Source: Eledone cirrhosa (lineage: Eukaryota). From it: a DNA stretch of 64,000 nt. Location: NCBI GenBank assembly GCA_964016885.1, contig OZ024749.1:9486001-9550000 (forward strand), read 5' to 3'. The notes under the pieces were generated by a model. The model had not been told where the DNA came from and did no database searches. It was given only the letters and a program-made list of their open reading frames with translations. The position numbers were made by a program, and so were the translations under genes. Shown here piece after piece: positions 14,904 through 30,568 of the stretch (position 1 is the first letter of the stretch; each line of letters begins with the position of its first letter).

Positions 14904-15504
14904 TAGAGATTGGCAGTATGAGCCAAATTTTATACCCTCGAATTGACAGCATATCTCAGCTATGTACAATGGACAAGATGGTGAAAGTGTTGCTAAAACG
15001 AATAACCAGTGGCAGACCTGCCAACCTCTAAAAACCCAAACGGGAAGTACCATGAAAACAAGTGCCCCCAAAACGGGGAGAAATGAGGCAAAATGGGAAG
15101 ATTTTACATAATGAAAGCTATACCCATTTTCACAAGAGATGACATCTCTCACCTACCCCAAAGTGGGTGGGATATCACCCTGTCGGACAGGGAGAGTTGA
15201 CAGGTCTGAAGTGGTATCCACTGCATCAGCCAATTCACCTATTACAGCCCCTTCTTCAAATGTGATGCTCTGCTCTCATTCCAATTTGGTAGGAAAATAT
15301 GGATGGCCCAGGGACAACAGTGATATCAATAACAAATAGCATAAAATAGAATCTGTCCATTAATACTTGCAGTTACACCCTTCCACACTGTGGGTGGCTT
15401 TTAGAGTATGTGCATTCTATATCTCCCACATCCTCTACATTTTCTAACTCTTCTACCCTGCTTGAAACATTGGATCTTCTCTAATTCTTACTTTTACCCC
15501 TTTT

Positions 15505-15690
15505 GCCCCCCTCACACCCCAGATGTGTGAGTCTCTCGTCCCCCTCACACCCCATATTTGTGAATCTTTAGCCCCCCCCCCTCCTCACCCCATATCCCCT
15601 CACACATCAGATTTGTGAGTCTGTAGCACCCCTCACCTCCATGTCCACCTCATACCCCTGATTTGGGAATCTCTCCCACCCACTTCCCTC
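15505..15690. repeat. Degenerate short C-rich tandem repeat
   Basis: CCCCTCACACCCCA(G/T)AT(T/G)TGTGA(G/A)TCT recurs 4-6 times with variable spacing. Confidence 0.6.
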
Positions 15691-16184
15691 CATAGAAAAA
15701 TACCTTCTATGGTTCCTCTCTGTTGCAATAATTCCAAATTTCAAACTATTCATTTTAATTCTCTTTCATTCTAATCTTATTATCAACATCATCATTATTA
15801 TTATTTCTTCTCCACTCAATATTTTGTTGTTATTCTGTCAGTATTGGATTACCAGATAACAAGCTGTATCTTACATCTTTGGCTATCTAACACCTTCCTT
15901 ATGGTTTGTACTGTGCAAAGCAAACAAGTTCTTTGTAAAGCCAGGAAATCCATCTCAATATCAAACATCTTCAATCAATCACTTCTTGCCACTGTCTCTA
16001 AGGTTTCTCTTACAATTAGGGACGAAAATAACTTTAAGGCAATTCCAGATTCTTCACATTTCATATTTCATGTATTTTTCAATCTTTTAAAATTCTGTTT
16101 TCCACCTTTGTATCAAATGGTCAAATAACATTGATTAACCAACACCAGACCCATGCTATCGTGGAAAATGGACGTTAAATGGAC

Positions 16185-16216
<32 letters not shown>

Positions 16217-16359
16217 CTCTTTCTTTTGTATTGACTACAACAATATCTGGGCTGAATGTTCCATTTGCCTATCTTTATATCCTGTAGTACCCTTTACATG
16301 GTTGTTTTGAATGAAATGTCCTGGTTTGTGATCAAACATTGTCCACATGTTGTTTTTGA

Positions 16360-16707
16360 CCCTTTAGCATTTAAACCGAAAAAACAAAACGTCTGATTTA
16401 GCAGCAATACATTGGTGATTCCTCAGCAGTAATGGAGGCAACTTCAGGATGTCTTTGGTAGAATTTTTTTTCAATGATTCCATAGCTTCATTAATCTGTT
16501 CTTGGATTCTTTCTGTGACTATATTTGAGTTAGGTCTCTCACCTCTTTCTGTTCAAACTGGCCATAGCCAGTAGCTCATACTGATGTTAAGGTATTGTTC
16601 TCAAAATAAATAATATCAAAATCTCATAGATTCGATATTATGTGAGGTAAATCCTTTACCATAAAAATACAATAGTATATATATAGAGTAATGTAAATGC
16701 TAAAGGG
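16360..16707. mobile_element. piggyBac-type MITE with ~180-bp internal insert
   Basis: CCCTTTAGCATTTA ... TAAATGCTAAAGGG|TTAA; 16555-16707 matches the 54306-54464 copy. Confidence 0.65.
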
Positions 16708-16814
16708 TTAAGGGAATGTTCTGGCTTATGGTCGTACTACTTTTCACAAATTTACCAATATAAGATTGTAGCAACTTTGTTGTGTCTCCAGTTCTTATAA
16801 TTATTTTGGTCAAG

Positions 16815-19800
16815 CATCTTTCATTCAGAGACTACCTGTACCATTGACTCTTTTCTTTCATCACATGTATCTCATCTTACATTCAGTAACTACCTGTACC
16901 ATTGACTCTTTTCTTTCATCACATGTATCTCATCTTACATTCAGAAACTACCTGTACCATTGACTCTTTTCTTTCATCACATGTATCTCATCTTACATTC
17001 AGCAACTACCTGTACCATTGACTCTTTTCTTTCATCACATGTATCTCATCTTACATTCAGAAACTACCTGTACCATTGACTCTTTTCTTTCATCACATCT
17101 ATCTCATCTTACATTCAGAAACTACCTGTACCATTGACTCTTTTCTTTCATCACATGTATCTCATCTTTCATTCAGCAACTACCTGTACCACTGACTCTT
17201 TTCTTTCATCACATGTATCTCATCTTACATTCAGCAACTACCTGTACCATTGACTCTTTTCTTTCATCACATGTATCTCATCTTACATTCAGCAACTACC
17301 TGTACCACTGACTCTTTTCTTTCATCACATGTATCTCATCTTACATTCAGTAACTACCTGTACCATTGACTCTTTTCTTTCATCACATGTATCTCATCTT
17401 ACATTCAGAAACTACCTGTACCATTGACTCTTTTCTTTCATCACATGTATCTCATCTTACATTCAGCAACTACCTGTACCATTGACTCTTTTCTTTCATC
17501 ACATGTATCTCATCTTACATTCAGAAACTACCTGTACCATTGACTCTTTTCTTTCATCACATCTATCTCATCTTACATTCAGAAACTACCTGTACCATTG
17601 ACTCTTTTCTTTCATCACATGTATCTCATCTTTCATTCAGCAACTACCTGTACCACTGACTCTTTTCTTTCATCACATGTATCTCATCTTACATTCAGCA
17701 ACTACCTGTACCATTGACTCTTTTCTTTCATCACATGTATCTCATCTTACATTCAGCAACTACCTGTACCACTGACTCTTTTCTTTCATCACATGTATCT
17801 CATCTTACATTCAGCAACTACCTGTACCATTGACTCTTTTCTTTCATCACATGTATCTCATCTTACTTTCAGCAACTACCTGTACCATTGACTCTTTTCT
17901 TTCATCACATGTATCTCATCTTACTTTCAGCAACTACCTGTACCATTGACTCTTTTCTTTCATCACATGTATCTCATCTTACTTTCAGCAACTACCTGTA
18001 CCACTGACTCTTTTCTTTCATCACATGTATCTCATCTTACATTCAGCAACTACCTGTACCACTGACTCTTTTCTTTCATCACATGTATCTCATCTTACAT
18101 TCAGCAACTACCTGTACCACTGACTCTTTTCTTTCATCACATGTATCTCATCTTTCATTCAGAAACTACCTGTACCATTGACTCTTTTCTTTCATCACAT
18201 GTATCTCATCTTACATTCAGCAACTACCTGTACCATTGACTCTTTTCTTTCATCACATGTATCTCATCTTACATTCAGCAACTACCTGTACCATTGACTC
18301 TTTTCTTTCATCACATGTATCTCATCTTACATTCAGCAACTACCTGTACCATTGACTCTTTTCTTTCATCACATGTATCTCATCTTACATTCAGCAACTA
18401 CCTGTACCATTGACTCTTTTCTTTCATCACATGTATCTCATCTTACATTCAGCAACTACCTGTACCATTGACTCTTTTCTTTCATCACATGTATCTCATC
18501 TTACTTTCAGCAACTACCTGTACCATTGACTCTTTTCTTTCATCACATGTATCTCATCTTACATTCAGCAACTACCTGTACCACTGACTCTTTTCTTTCA
18601 TCACATGTATCTCATCTTACATTCAGCAACTACCTGTACCACTGACTCTTTTCTTTCATCACATGTATCTCATCTTACATTCAGCAACTACCTGTACCAC
18701 TGACTCTTTTCTTTCATCACATGTATCTCATCTTACATTCAGCAACTACCTGTACCATTGACTCTTTTCTTTCATCACATGTATCTCATCTTACATTCAG
18801 CAACTACCTGTACCATTGACTCTTTTCTTTCATCACATGTATCTCATCTTACTTTCAGCAACTACCTGTACCATTGACTCTTTTCTTTCATCACATGTAT
18901 CTCATCTTTCATTCAGCAACTACCTGTACCATTGACTCTTTTCTTTCATCACATGTATCTCATCTTTCATTCAGCAACTACCTGTACCACTGACTCTTTT
19001 CTTTCATCACATGTATCTCATCTTACATTCAGCAACTACCTGTACCACTGACTCTTTTCTTTCATCACATGTATCTCATCTTACATTCAGCAACTACCTG
19101 TACCATTGACTCTTTTCTTTCATCACATGTATCTCATCTTACATTCAGCAACTACCTGTACCATTGACTCTTTTCTTTCATCACATGTATCTCATCTTAC
19201 TTTCAGCAACTACCTGTACCATTGACTCTTTTCTTTCATCACATGTATCTCATCTTACATTCAGCAACTACCTGTACCACTGACTCTTTTCTTTCATCAC
19301 ATGTATCTCATCTTACATTCAGCAACTACCTGTACCATTGACTCTTTTCTTTCATCACATGTATCTCATCTTTCATTCAGCAACTACCTGTACCACTGAC
19401 TCTTTTCTTTCATCACATGTATCTCATCTTACATTCAGCAACTACCTGTAACACTGACTCTTTTCTTTCATCACATGTATCTCATCTTACATTCAGCAAC
19501 TACCTGTACCATTGACTCTTTTCTTTCATCACATGTATCTCATCTTACATTCAGCAACTACCTGTACCATTGACTCTTTTCTTTCATCACATGTATCTCA
19601 TCTTACATTCAGCAACTACCTGTACCATTGACTCTTTTCTTTCATCACATGTATCTCATCTTACATTCAGCAACTACCTGTACCATTGACTCTTTTCTTT
19701 CATCACATGTATCTCATCTTACATTCAGAAACTACCTGTACCATTGACTCTTTTCTTTCATCACATCTATCTCATCTTACATTCAGCAACTACCTGTAAC

Positions 19801-22800
19801 ACTGACTCTTTTCTTTCATCACATGTATCTCATCTTACATTCAGCAACTACCTGTACCACTGACTCTTTTCTTTCATCACATGTATCTCATCTTACATTC
19901 AGCAACTACCTGTACCACTGACTCTTTTCTTTCATCACATGTATCTCATCTTACATTCAGCAACTACCTGTACCATTGACTCTTTTCTTTCATCACATGT
20001 ATCTCATCTTACTTTCAGCAACTACCTGTACCATTGACTCTTTTCTTTCATCACATGTATCTCATCTTACTTTCAACAACTACCTGTACCACTGACTCTT
20101 TTCTTTCATCACATGTATCTCATCTTACTTTCAGCAACTACCTGTACCATTGACTCTTTTCTTTCATCACATGTATCTCATCTTACTTTCAACAACTACC
20201 TGTACCACTGACTCTTTTCTTTCATCACATGTATCTCATCTTACTTTCAGCAACTACCTGTACCATTGACTCTTTTCTTTCATCACATGTATCTCATCTT
20301 ACTTTCAGCAACTACCTGTACCATTGACTCTTTTCTTTCATCACATGTATCTCATCTTACTTTCAGCAACTACCTGTACCACTGACTCTTTTCTTTCATC
20401 ACATGTATCTCATCTTACATTCAGCAACTACCTGTACCACTGACTCTTTTCTTTCATCACATGTATCTCATCTTACATTCAGCAACTACCTGTACCACTG
20501 ACTCTTTTCTTTCATCACATGTATCTCATCTTTCATTCAGAAACTACCTGTACCATTGACTCTTTTCTTTCATCACATGTATCTCATCTTACATTCAGCA
20601 ACTACCTGTACCATTGACTCTTTTCTTTCATCACATGTATCTCATCTTACTTTCAGCAACTACCTGTACCACTGACTCTTTTCTTTCATCACATGTATCT
20701 CATCTTACATTCAGCAACTACCTGTACCATTGACTCTTTTCTTTCATCACATGTATCTCATCTTACATTCAGCAACTACCTGTACCATTGACTCTTTTCT
20801 TTCATCACATGTATCTCATCTTACATTCAGCAACTACCTGTACCATTGACTCTTTTCTTTCATCACATGTATCTCATCTTACATTCAGCAACTACCTGTA
20901 CCATTGACTCTTTTCTTTCATCACATGTATCTCATCTTACTTTCAGCAACTACCTGTACCATTGACTCTTTTCTTTCATCACATGTATCTCATCTTACTT
21001 TCAGCAACTACCTGTACCATTGACTCTTTTCTTTCATCACATGTATCTCATCTTACATTCAGCAACTACCTGTACCATTGACTCTTTTCTTTCATCACAT
21101 GTATCTCATCTTACATTCAGCAACTACCTGTACCACTGACTCTTTTCTTTCATCACATGTATCTCATCTTACATTCAGCAACTACCTGTACCACTGACTC
21201 TTTTCTTTCATCACATGTATCTCATCTTACATTCAGCAACTACCTGTACCATTGACTCTTTTCTTTCATCACATGTATCTCATCTTACTTTCAGCAACTA
21301 CCTGTACCATTGACTCTTTTCTTTCATCACATGTATCTCATCTTACATTCAGCAACTACCTGTACCATTGACTCTTTTCTTTCATCACATGTATCTCATC
21401 TTACATTCAGCAACTACCTGTACCATTGACTCTTTTCTTTCATCACATGTATCTCATCTTACATTCAGCAACTACCTGTACCACTGACTCTTTTCTTTCA
21501 TCACATGTATCTCATCTTACATTCAGCAACTACCTGTACCACTGACTCTTTTCTTTCATCACATGTATCTCATCTTACATTCAGCAACTACCTGTACCAT
21601 TGACTCTTTTCTTTCATCACATGTATCTCATCTTACTTTCAGCAACTACCTGTACCATTGACTCTTTTCTTTCATCACATGTATCTCATCTTACATTCAG
21701 CAACTACCTGTACCACTGACTCTTTTCTTTCATCACATGTATCTCATCTTACATTCAGCAACTACCTGTACCACTGACTCTTTTCTTTCATCACATGTAT
21801 CTCATCTTACATTCAGCAACTACCTGTACCATTGACTCTTTTCTTTCATCACATGTATCTCATCTTACTTTCAGCAACTACCTGTACCATTGACTCTTTT
21901 CTTTCATCACATGTATCTCATCTTACATTCAGCAACTACCTGTACCATTGACTCTTTTCTTTCATCACATGTATCTCATCTTACATTCAGCAACTACCTG
22001 TACCATTGACTCTTTTCTTTCATCACATGTATCTCATCTTACATTCAGCAACTACCTGTACCATTGACTCTTTTCTTTCATCACATGTATCTCATCTTAC
22101 TTTCAGCAACTACCTGTACCATTGACTCTTTTCTTTCATCACATGTATCTCATCTTACATTCAGCAACTACCTGTACCATTGACTCTTTTCTTTCATCAC
22201 ATGTATCTCATCTTACATTCAGCAACTACCTGTACCATTGACTCTTTTCTTTCATCACATGTATCTCATCTTACTTTCAGCAACTACCTGTACCACTGAC
22301 TCTTTTCTTTCATCACATGTATCTCATCTTACATTCAGCAACTACCTGTACCATTGACTCTTTTCTTTCATCACATGTATCTCATCTTACTTTCAGCAAC
22401 TACCTGTACCACTGACTCTTTTCTTTCATCACATGTATCTCATCTTACATTCAGCAACTACCTGTACCACTGACTCTTTTCTTTCATCACATGTATCTCA
22501 TCTTACATTCAGCAACTACCTGTACCATTGACTCTTTTCTTTCATCACATGTATCTCATCTTACTTTCAGCAACTACCTGTACCATTGACTCTTTTCTTT
22601 CATCACATGTATCTCATCTTACATTCAGCAACTACCTGTACCACTGACTCTTTTCTTTCATCACATGTATCTCATCTTACATTCAGCAACTACCTGTACC
22701 ACTGACTCTTTTCTTTCATCACATGTATCTCATCTTACATTCAGCAACTACCTGTACCATTGACTCTTTTCTTTCATCACATGTATCTCATCTTACTTTC

Positions 22801-25800
22801 AGCAACTACCTGTACCATTGACTCTTTTCTTTCATCACATGTATCTCATCTTACATTCAGCAACTACCTGTACCATTGACTCTTTTCTTTCATCACATGT
22901 ATCTCATCTTACATTCAGCAACTACCTGTACCATTGACTCTTTTCTTTCATCACATGTATCTCATCTTACATTCAGCAACTACCTGTACCATTGACTCTT
23001 TTCTTTCATCACATGTATCTCATCTTACTTTCAGCAACTACATGTACCATTGACTCTTTTCTTTCATCACATGTATCTCATCTTACATTCAGCAACTACC
23101 TGTACCATTGACTCTTTTCTTTCATCACATGTATCTCATCTTACATTCAGCAACTACCTGTACCATTGACTCTTTTCTTTCATCACATGTATCTCATCTT
23201 ACTTTCAGCAACTACCTGTACCACTGACTCTTTTCTTTCATCACATGTATCTCATCTTACATTCAGCAACTACCTGTACCATTGACTCTTTTCTTTCATC
23301 ACATGTATCTCATCTTACTTTCAGCAACTACCTGTACCACTGACTCTTTTCTTTCATCACATGTATCTCATCTTACATTCAGCAACTACCTGTACCATTG
23401 ACTCTTTTCTTTCATCACATGTATCTCATCTTACTTTCAGCAACTACCTGTACCACTGACTCTTTTCTTTCATCACATGTATCTCATCTTACATTCAGCA
23501 ACTACCTGTACCATTGACTCTTTTCTTTCATCACATGTATCTCATCTTACTTTCAGCAACTACCTGTACCACTGACTCTTTTCTTTCATCACATGTATCT
23601 CATCTTACATTCAGCAACTACCTGTACCATTGACTCTTTTCTTTCATCACATGTATCTCATCTTACTTTCAGCAACTACCTGTACCACTGACTCTTTTCT
23701 TTCATCACATGTATCTCATCTTACATTCAGCAACTACCTGTACCATTGACTCTTTTCTTTCATCACATGTATCTCATCTTACTTTCAGCAACTACCTGTA
23801 CCACTGACTCTTTTCTTTCATCACATGTATCTCATCTTACATTCAGCAACTACCTGTACCACTGACTCTTTTCTTTCATCACATGTATCTCATCTTACAT
23901 TCAGCAACTACCTGTACCATTGACTCTTTTCTTTCATCACATGTATCTCATCTTACTTTCAGCAACTACCTGTACCACTGACTCTTTTCTTTCATCACAT
24001 GTATCTCATCTTACATTCAGCAACTACCTGTACCACTGACTCTTTTCTTTCATCACATGTATCTCATCTTACATTCAGCAACTACCTGTACCATTGACTC
24101 TTTTCTTTCATCACATGTATCTCATCTTACTTTCAGCAACTACCTGTACCACTGACTCTTTTCTTTCATCACATGTATCTCATCTTACATTCAGCAACTA
24201 CCTGTACCACTGACTCTTTTCTTTCATCACATGTATCTCATCTTACATTCAGCAACTACCTGTACCACTGACTCTTTTCTTTCATCACATGTATCTCATC
24301 TTTCATTCAGAAACTACCTGTACCATTGACTCTTTTCTTTCATCACATGTATCTCATCTTACATTCAGCAACTACCTGTACCACTGACTCTTTTCTTTCA
24401 TCACATGTATCTCATCTTACATTCAGCAACTACCTGTACCATTGACTCTTTTCTTTCATCACATGTATCTCATCTTACATTCAACAACTACCTGTACCAT
24501 TGACTCTTTTCTTTCATCACATGTATCTCATCTTACATTCAGCAACTACCTGTACCATTGACTCTTTTCTTTCATCACATGTATCTCATCTTACATTCAG
24601 CAACTACCTGTACCATTGACTCTTTTCTTTCATCACATGTATCTCATCTTACTTTCAGCAACTACCTGTACCATTGACTCTTTTCTTTCATCACATGTAT
24701 CTCATCTTACTTTCAGCAACTACCTGTACCATTGACTCTTTTCTTTCATCACATGTATCTCATCTTACATTCAGCAACTACCTGTACCACTGACTCTTTT
24801 CTTTCATCACATGTATCTCATCTTACATTCAGCAACTACCTGTACCATTGACTCTTTTCTTTCATCACATGTATCTCATCTTACTTTCAGCAACTACCTG
24901 TACCATTGACTCTTTTCTTTCATCACATGTATCTCATCTTACTTTCAGCAACTACCTGTACCATTGACTCTTTTCTTTCATCACATGTATCTCATCTTAC
25001 ATTCAGCAACTACCTGTACCACTGACTCTTTTCTTTCATCACATGTATCTCATCTTACTTTCAGCAACTACCTGTACCATTGACTCTTTTCTTTCATCAC
25101 ATGTATCTCATCTTACATTCAGAAACTACCTGTACCATTGACTCTTTTCTTTCATCACATGTATCTCATCTTACATTCAGAAACTACCTGTACCACTGAC
25201 TCTTTTCTTTCATCACATGTATCTCATCTTACTTTCAGCAACTACCTGTACCATTGACTCTTTTCTTTCATCACATGTATCTCATCTTACATTCAGAAAC
25301 TACCTGTACCATTGACTCTTTTCTTTCATCACATGTATCTCATCTTACATTCAGAAACTACCTGTACCATTGACTCTTTTCTTTCATCACATGTATCTCA
25401 TCTTACTTTCAGCAACTACCTGTACCATTGACTCTTTTCTTTCATCACATGTATCTCATCTTACATTCAGAAACTACCTGTACCATTGACTCTTTTCTTT
25501 CATCACATGTATCTCATCTTACATTCAGCAACTACCTGTACCATTGACTCTTTTCTTTCATCACATGTATCTCATCTTACTTTCAGCAACTACCTGTACC
25601 ATTGACTCTTTTCTTTCATCACATGTATCTCATCTTACTTTCAGCAACTACCTGTACCATTGACTCTTTTCTTTCATCACATGTATCTCATCTTACTTTC
25701 AGCAACTACCTGTACCATTGACTCTTTTCTTTCATCACATGTATCTCATCTTACTTTCAGCAACTACCTGTACCATTGACTCTTTTCTTTCATCACATGT

Positions 25801-27690
25801 ATCTCATCTTACTTTCAGCAACTACCTGTACCATTGACTCTTTTCTTTCATCACATGTATCTCATCTTACATTCAGCAACTACCTGTACCATTGACTCTT
25901 TTCTTTCATCACATGTATCTCATCTTACTTTCAGCAACTACCTGTACCATTGACTCTTTTCTTTCATCACATGTATCTCATCTTACTTTCAGCAACTACC
26001 TGTACCATTGACTCTTTTCTTTCATCACATGTATCTCATCTTACTTTCAGCAACTACCTGTACCATTGACTCTTTTCTTTCATCACATGTATCTCATCTT
26101 ACTTTCAGCAACTACCTGTACCATTGACTCTTTTCTTTCATCACATGTATCTCATCTTACTTTCAGCAACTACCTGTACCATTGACTCTTTTCTTTCATC
26201 ACATGTATCTCATCTTACATTCAGCAACTACCTGTACCATTGACTCTTTTCTTTCATCACATGTATCTCATCTTACATTCAGCAACTACCTGTACCATTG
26301 ACTCTTTTCTTTCACCACATGTATCTCATCTTACATTCAGCAACTACCTGTACCATTGACTCTTTTCTTTCATCACATGTATCTCATCTTACATTCAGCA
26401 ACTACCTGTACCATTGACTCTTTTCTTTCATCACATGTATCTCATCTTACATTCAGCAACTACCTGTAACACTGACTCTTTTCTTTCATCACATGTATCT
26501 CATCTTTCATTCAGCAACTACCTGTACCATTGACTCTTTTCTTTCATCACATGTATCTCATCTTACATTCAGCAACTACCTGTAACACTGACTCTTTTCT
26601 TTCATCACATGTATCTCATCTTACATTCAGCAACTACCTGTACCATTGACTCTTTTCTTTCATCACATGTATCTCATCTTACATTCAGCAACTACCTGTA
26701 CCATTGACTCTTTTCTTTCACCACATGTATCTCATCTTACATTCAGCAACTACCTGTACCATTGACTCTTTTCTTTCATCACATGTATCTCATCTTACAT
26801 TCAGCAACTACCTGTACCATTGACTCTTTTCTTTCACCACATGTATCTCATCTTACATTCAGCAACTACCTGTACCATTGACTCTTTTCTTTCATCACAT
26901 GTATCTCATCTTACATTCAGCAACTACCTGTACCATTGACTCTTTTCTTTCACCACATGTATCTCATCTTACATTCAGCAACTACCTGTACCATTGACTC
27001 TTTTCTTTCATCACATGTATCTCATCTTACATTCAGCAACTACCTGTACCATTGACTCTTTTCTTTCACCACATGTATCTCATCTTACATTCAGCAACTA
27101 CCTGTACCATTGACTCTTTTCTTTCATCACATGTATCTCATCTTACATTCAGCAACTACCTGTACCATTGACTCTTTTCTTTCACCACATGTATCTCATC
27201 TTACATTCAGCAACTACCTGTACCATTGACTCTTTTCTTTCATCACATGTATCTCATCTTACATTCAGCAACTACCTGTACCATTGACTCTTTTCTTTCA
27301 TCACATGTATCTCATCTTACATTCAGCAACTACCTGTACCATTGACTCTTTTCTTTCATCACATGTATCTCATCTTACTTTCAGCAACTACCTGTACCAT
27401 TGACTCTTTTCTTTCACCACATGTATCTCATCTTACATTCAGCAACTACCTGTACCATTGACTCTTTTCTTTCATCACATGTATCTCATCTTACATTCAG
27501 CAACTACCTGTACCATTGACTCTTTTCTTTCATCACATGTATCTCATCTTACATTCAGAAACTACCTGTACCATTGACTCTTTTCTTTCATCACATGTAT
27601 CTCATCTTACATTCAGCAACTACCTGTAACACTGACTCTTTTCTTTCATCACATGTATCTCATCTTACTTTCAGCAACTACCTGTACCGC
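16815..27690. repeat. 58-bp tandem satellite (~187 copies)
   Basis: Unit ACTACCTGTACCA(T/C)TGACTCTTTTCTTTCATCACATGTATCTCATCTTAC(A/T)TTCAGCA, period 58; diverged units trail to ~27860. Confidence 0.98.
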
Positions 27691-28494
27691 CATCACCTCT
27701 CTGTCATCATATGTATGTCATCTTATTTCAGAAACTACCTGTACCACCATCACCTTTCAGAAACTACATATGTACCACCATCACCTCTCTTTCACCACTT
27801 ATGTGTTTCATCTCTCATCCAGAAACTACCTGCCCCAACATGTCTTTCACTACACATTCAACATGTAGCCAATATGTATTCTTTATCAATATTCTTTCTT
27901 ATGTATCTTCTTCTGATTGTTTGATCCTGCACAACTAAGATTAAGCACTTCATATTTTTCTTCAGAGCTCCTTTATTCGGCCACAGAAATGACTTGTTAA
28001 TGCTCTTCAAAATTTCTATGTGGCTTTTCTGCTCAAATCCTTGTTTTCTGAATTGTAGAACTTCACTTCTTTATTTTCCTTCATCTCATACTGCTATTAA
28101 GAGCACCCCTTCACTATCAGGAACATAATAACTCAAAGTCTCTACCTCTACCCACCGCTAGTCTTCTACATTTATCAGTCCTTGTCCACCCTCTTTTCTG
28201 TTTAAATATAATAACCTGGTGATATCTGTCTGTGGATGTAAGACTGTAGATTCTCATCAATTTCATTGTTTTTTTCCTATCTAACATCTCAACTTCCATC
28301 CTAGGTTCATTTCATTAATTGTAAAACCTCTACAATATCTGATGATGGATACAGCTCTTGAGTTATCACCATCATCATCATCATTACCATCACTATCATT
28401 GCCCTCATCTTCAGCACCATCATTATTACTGTTGCTGTTATCATTGTCATTATTGTCATCACCAACATCCTCATCAACACCATCCTCATCATTA

Positions 28495-28625
28495 TGCCGA
28501 GGTTAGCTTAACCTTTCATCCTTATGGGGTCGATAAAATAAAGTAACGAACTGGGGTCAATTTAATCAACTTTCACTTCCACCCAGATTGCTGGCCTTCT
28601 CCCTAAATCAGAAACCATTATCATT
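28495..28625 (+). mobile_element. 5'-truncated SINE-A
   Basis: CCTTTCATCCTTATGGGGTCGATAAAATAAAGTA core, TTGCTGGCCTT tail and (ATT)n. Confidence 0.75.
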
Positions 28626-28642
28626 ATTATTATTATTATTAT

Positions 28643-30568
28643 AATTGGAGTCTCAGTCATTGATGTTATGTAACTGGAAAGTTTGTCCAAATGAAAATCA
28701 AGCCGCCACCTGCAGCCTCAGATATTCAGGACGTATCAGAGGGTTCTTGCCTTTTGAAGTGTTAAAAAAAAAGGGGGCTGGACTAATGTTCATTAACCAT
28801 CCTTGGAAACTCTTGGAGATAGTAACTACTGCTCCTATGACAATTGGGATGACTTTGATCTCATGACAGTCCCAAATCCTTTTCAATTCCCACTTTAAAT
28901 CCTGGTACCAGTTAATTTTCTCCTTCTCCTTTTCTTGAACTCTTGTGTCAAAGGGACAGGCTACATCTACAATCAGGCACAATCGTTTTTCCTTGTCAAA
29001 AACCACCAGGTAAGGCCTATTATGTTCTAATTTCTTGTCTGTCTGTATCTTGCAATCCCATAGCATCTTCACTTGATTGTTTTCTATCACTGACTCTGGC
29101 TTATGTTCATACCACTTCTCTGAATGTGGTAAATTATTTAGTTCTCATAAATGCCAGTCAATCACCTTTCCTATTATATCATGCCTCCAGCCTTTATAGT
29201 GAGTCTGGGCTAGGTGTTTACACTCGGATACGATATGAGCCACAATCTTCTCTCTCTCTCCACAGATCCTACAGAGTGGGCTAGCCTCCTCCTTATCAAT
29301 ATGGTGTTTCACCCAGTTCATTCTGAGGGTGCTCTTGTGCAGCCCGTAGCATTCCCTATGTAGCTTTTTTAAGGTCTCCTCTTTTTAACCAGCTCCATGT
29401 CTGTGGATCTCTGAATTCTGTTTGAAGGGGTTTTTTATGAAGGTTGCTCTTCCTCTTTGTTGTTATTTCCCCCTTGGACATCCCCTGGTCTATTGTCTTC
29501 TCCTTCAGTACAACTTTGAGCATTGGCTCCCTACTCTCATTTGCATATTTTTGCAGACTGCTTTTCTCCATCAGAGCACAATTCTCCATGCTGATAAGAC
29601 CTCTTCCACCTTCAGATCTCTTTAAGTAAAGTCTATCAACATCACTCCTCTTGTGGAACATGCTGTAGGTAGTCATTAGCTTCCTAGTCTTTCTATCCAT
29701 TTCTTTTTGTTCAGTAACATTCCATTTGAGAATTCCCACACTGTACCTAATAATAGACACACCTTGGGAATTTACTGCACTTATTCCTACTATTTAGATG
29801 TGATTTTAGTATGTTCCTTGCTCTCTTTATGTATTCAGATCTTATCAGTTCCTTCATTCTATTGTTCTTGATGTCATCTGCCTCCAGAACACCCAAATAT
29901 TTGTATCCCTCTTTAGTGTCGATTTCCTTTATCATCTCACCCATTGGTATCTGGATTCCATTGCTTCTGTTCAATTTACCCCCTCTTCATTACTAGGACT
30001 CCACACTTATTAACACCAAATTCCATATATATATCATTGCTAAAAATACAGACACTGTTAACAAGTACATACAGCTCCTCACTTTTCCCAAAGAGTTTTA
30101 GATCATCCATAAAGAGGAGGTGGTTGATAGTAAACTCTCCTCTTCCCAGCTTGTATCCGGCTTTCACTTTTCACAATATGAGGGACAAGGGTACGAGGGT
30201 AAGGCCAAACAACAAAGGGAACAAACTATCTCCTTGGAAAATACTTCTCTTGATCTTCACTCCTCCCAAGGATTCTCCACCTGATGTTAGCTCTGTCTCC
30301 CAGGACTTCATACTATTACTTAATAACTGTCTAATGTTATCTGCCACCTTGAAGATCTCTAGGCTTTTGGTTATCCAAGAATGAGGAACCATGTTGAATG
30401 CCTTCTTGTAGTCTATCCATCCCATGGCAAGACCAGTGTGTCTCCTCTTGCAGTTCTTTATTACCATCTTGTCAATAAGTAACTGGTCTTTTGTACCATG
30501 GGACTTCTTTCAGCATCCTTTCTGTTCATCTGGTAATAAGTTGTTTATGTGGAGGTGATAATAGACTA
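28643..30568 (-). pseudogene. 5'-truncated, frameshifted R4/Dong-clade non-LTR retrotransposon (RT, CCHC knuckle, restriction-like endonuclease)
   Basis: [67 protein letters not shown]...YQDL; 3' end runs into (TAA)n. Confidence 0.9.

Noticed and set aside
1-27690. Regular arrays as CRISPR or repeat-protein genes
   Set aside because: No unique spacers; periods 49, 37 and 58 are not multiples of 3 and frames are closed by stops; no hammerhead core in the monomers
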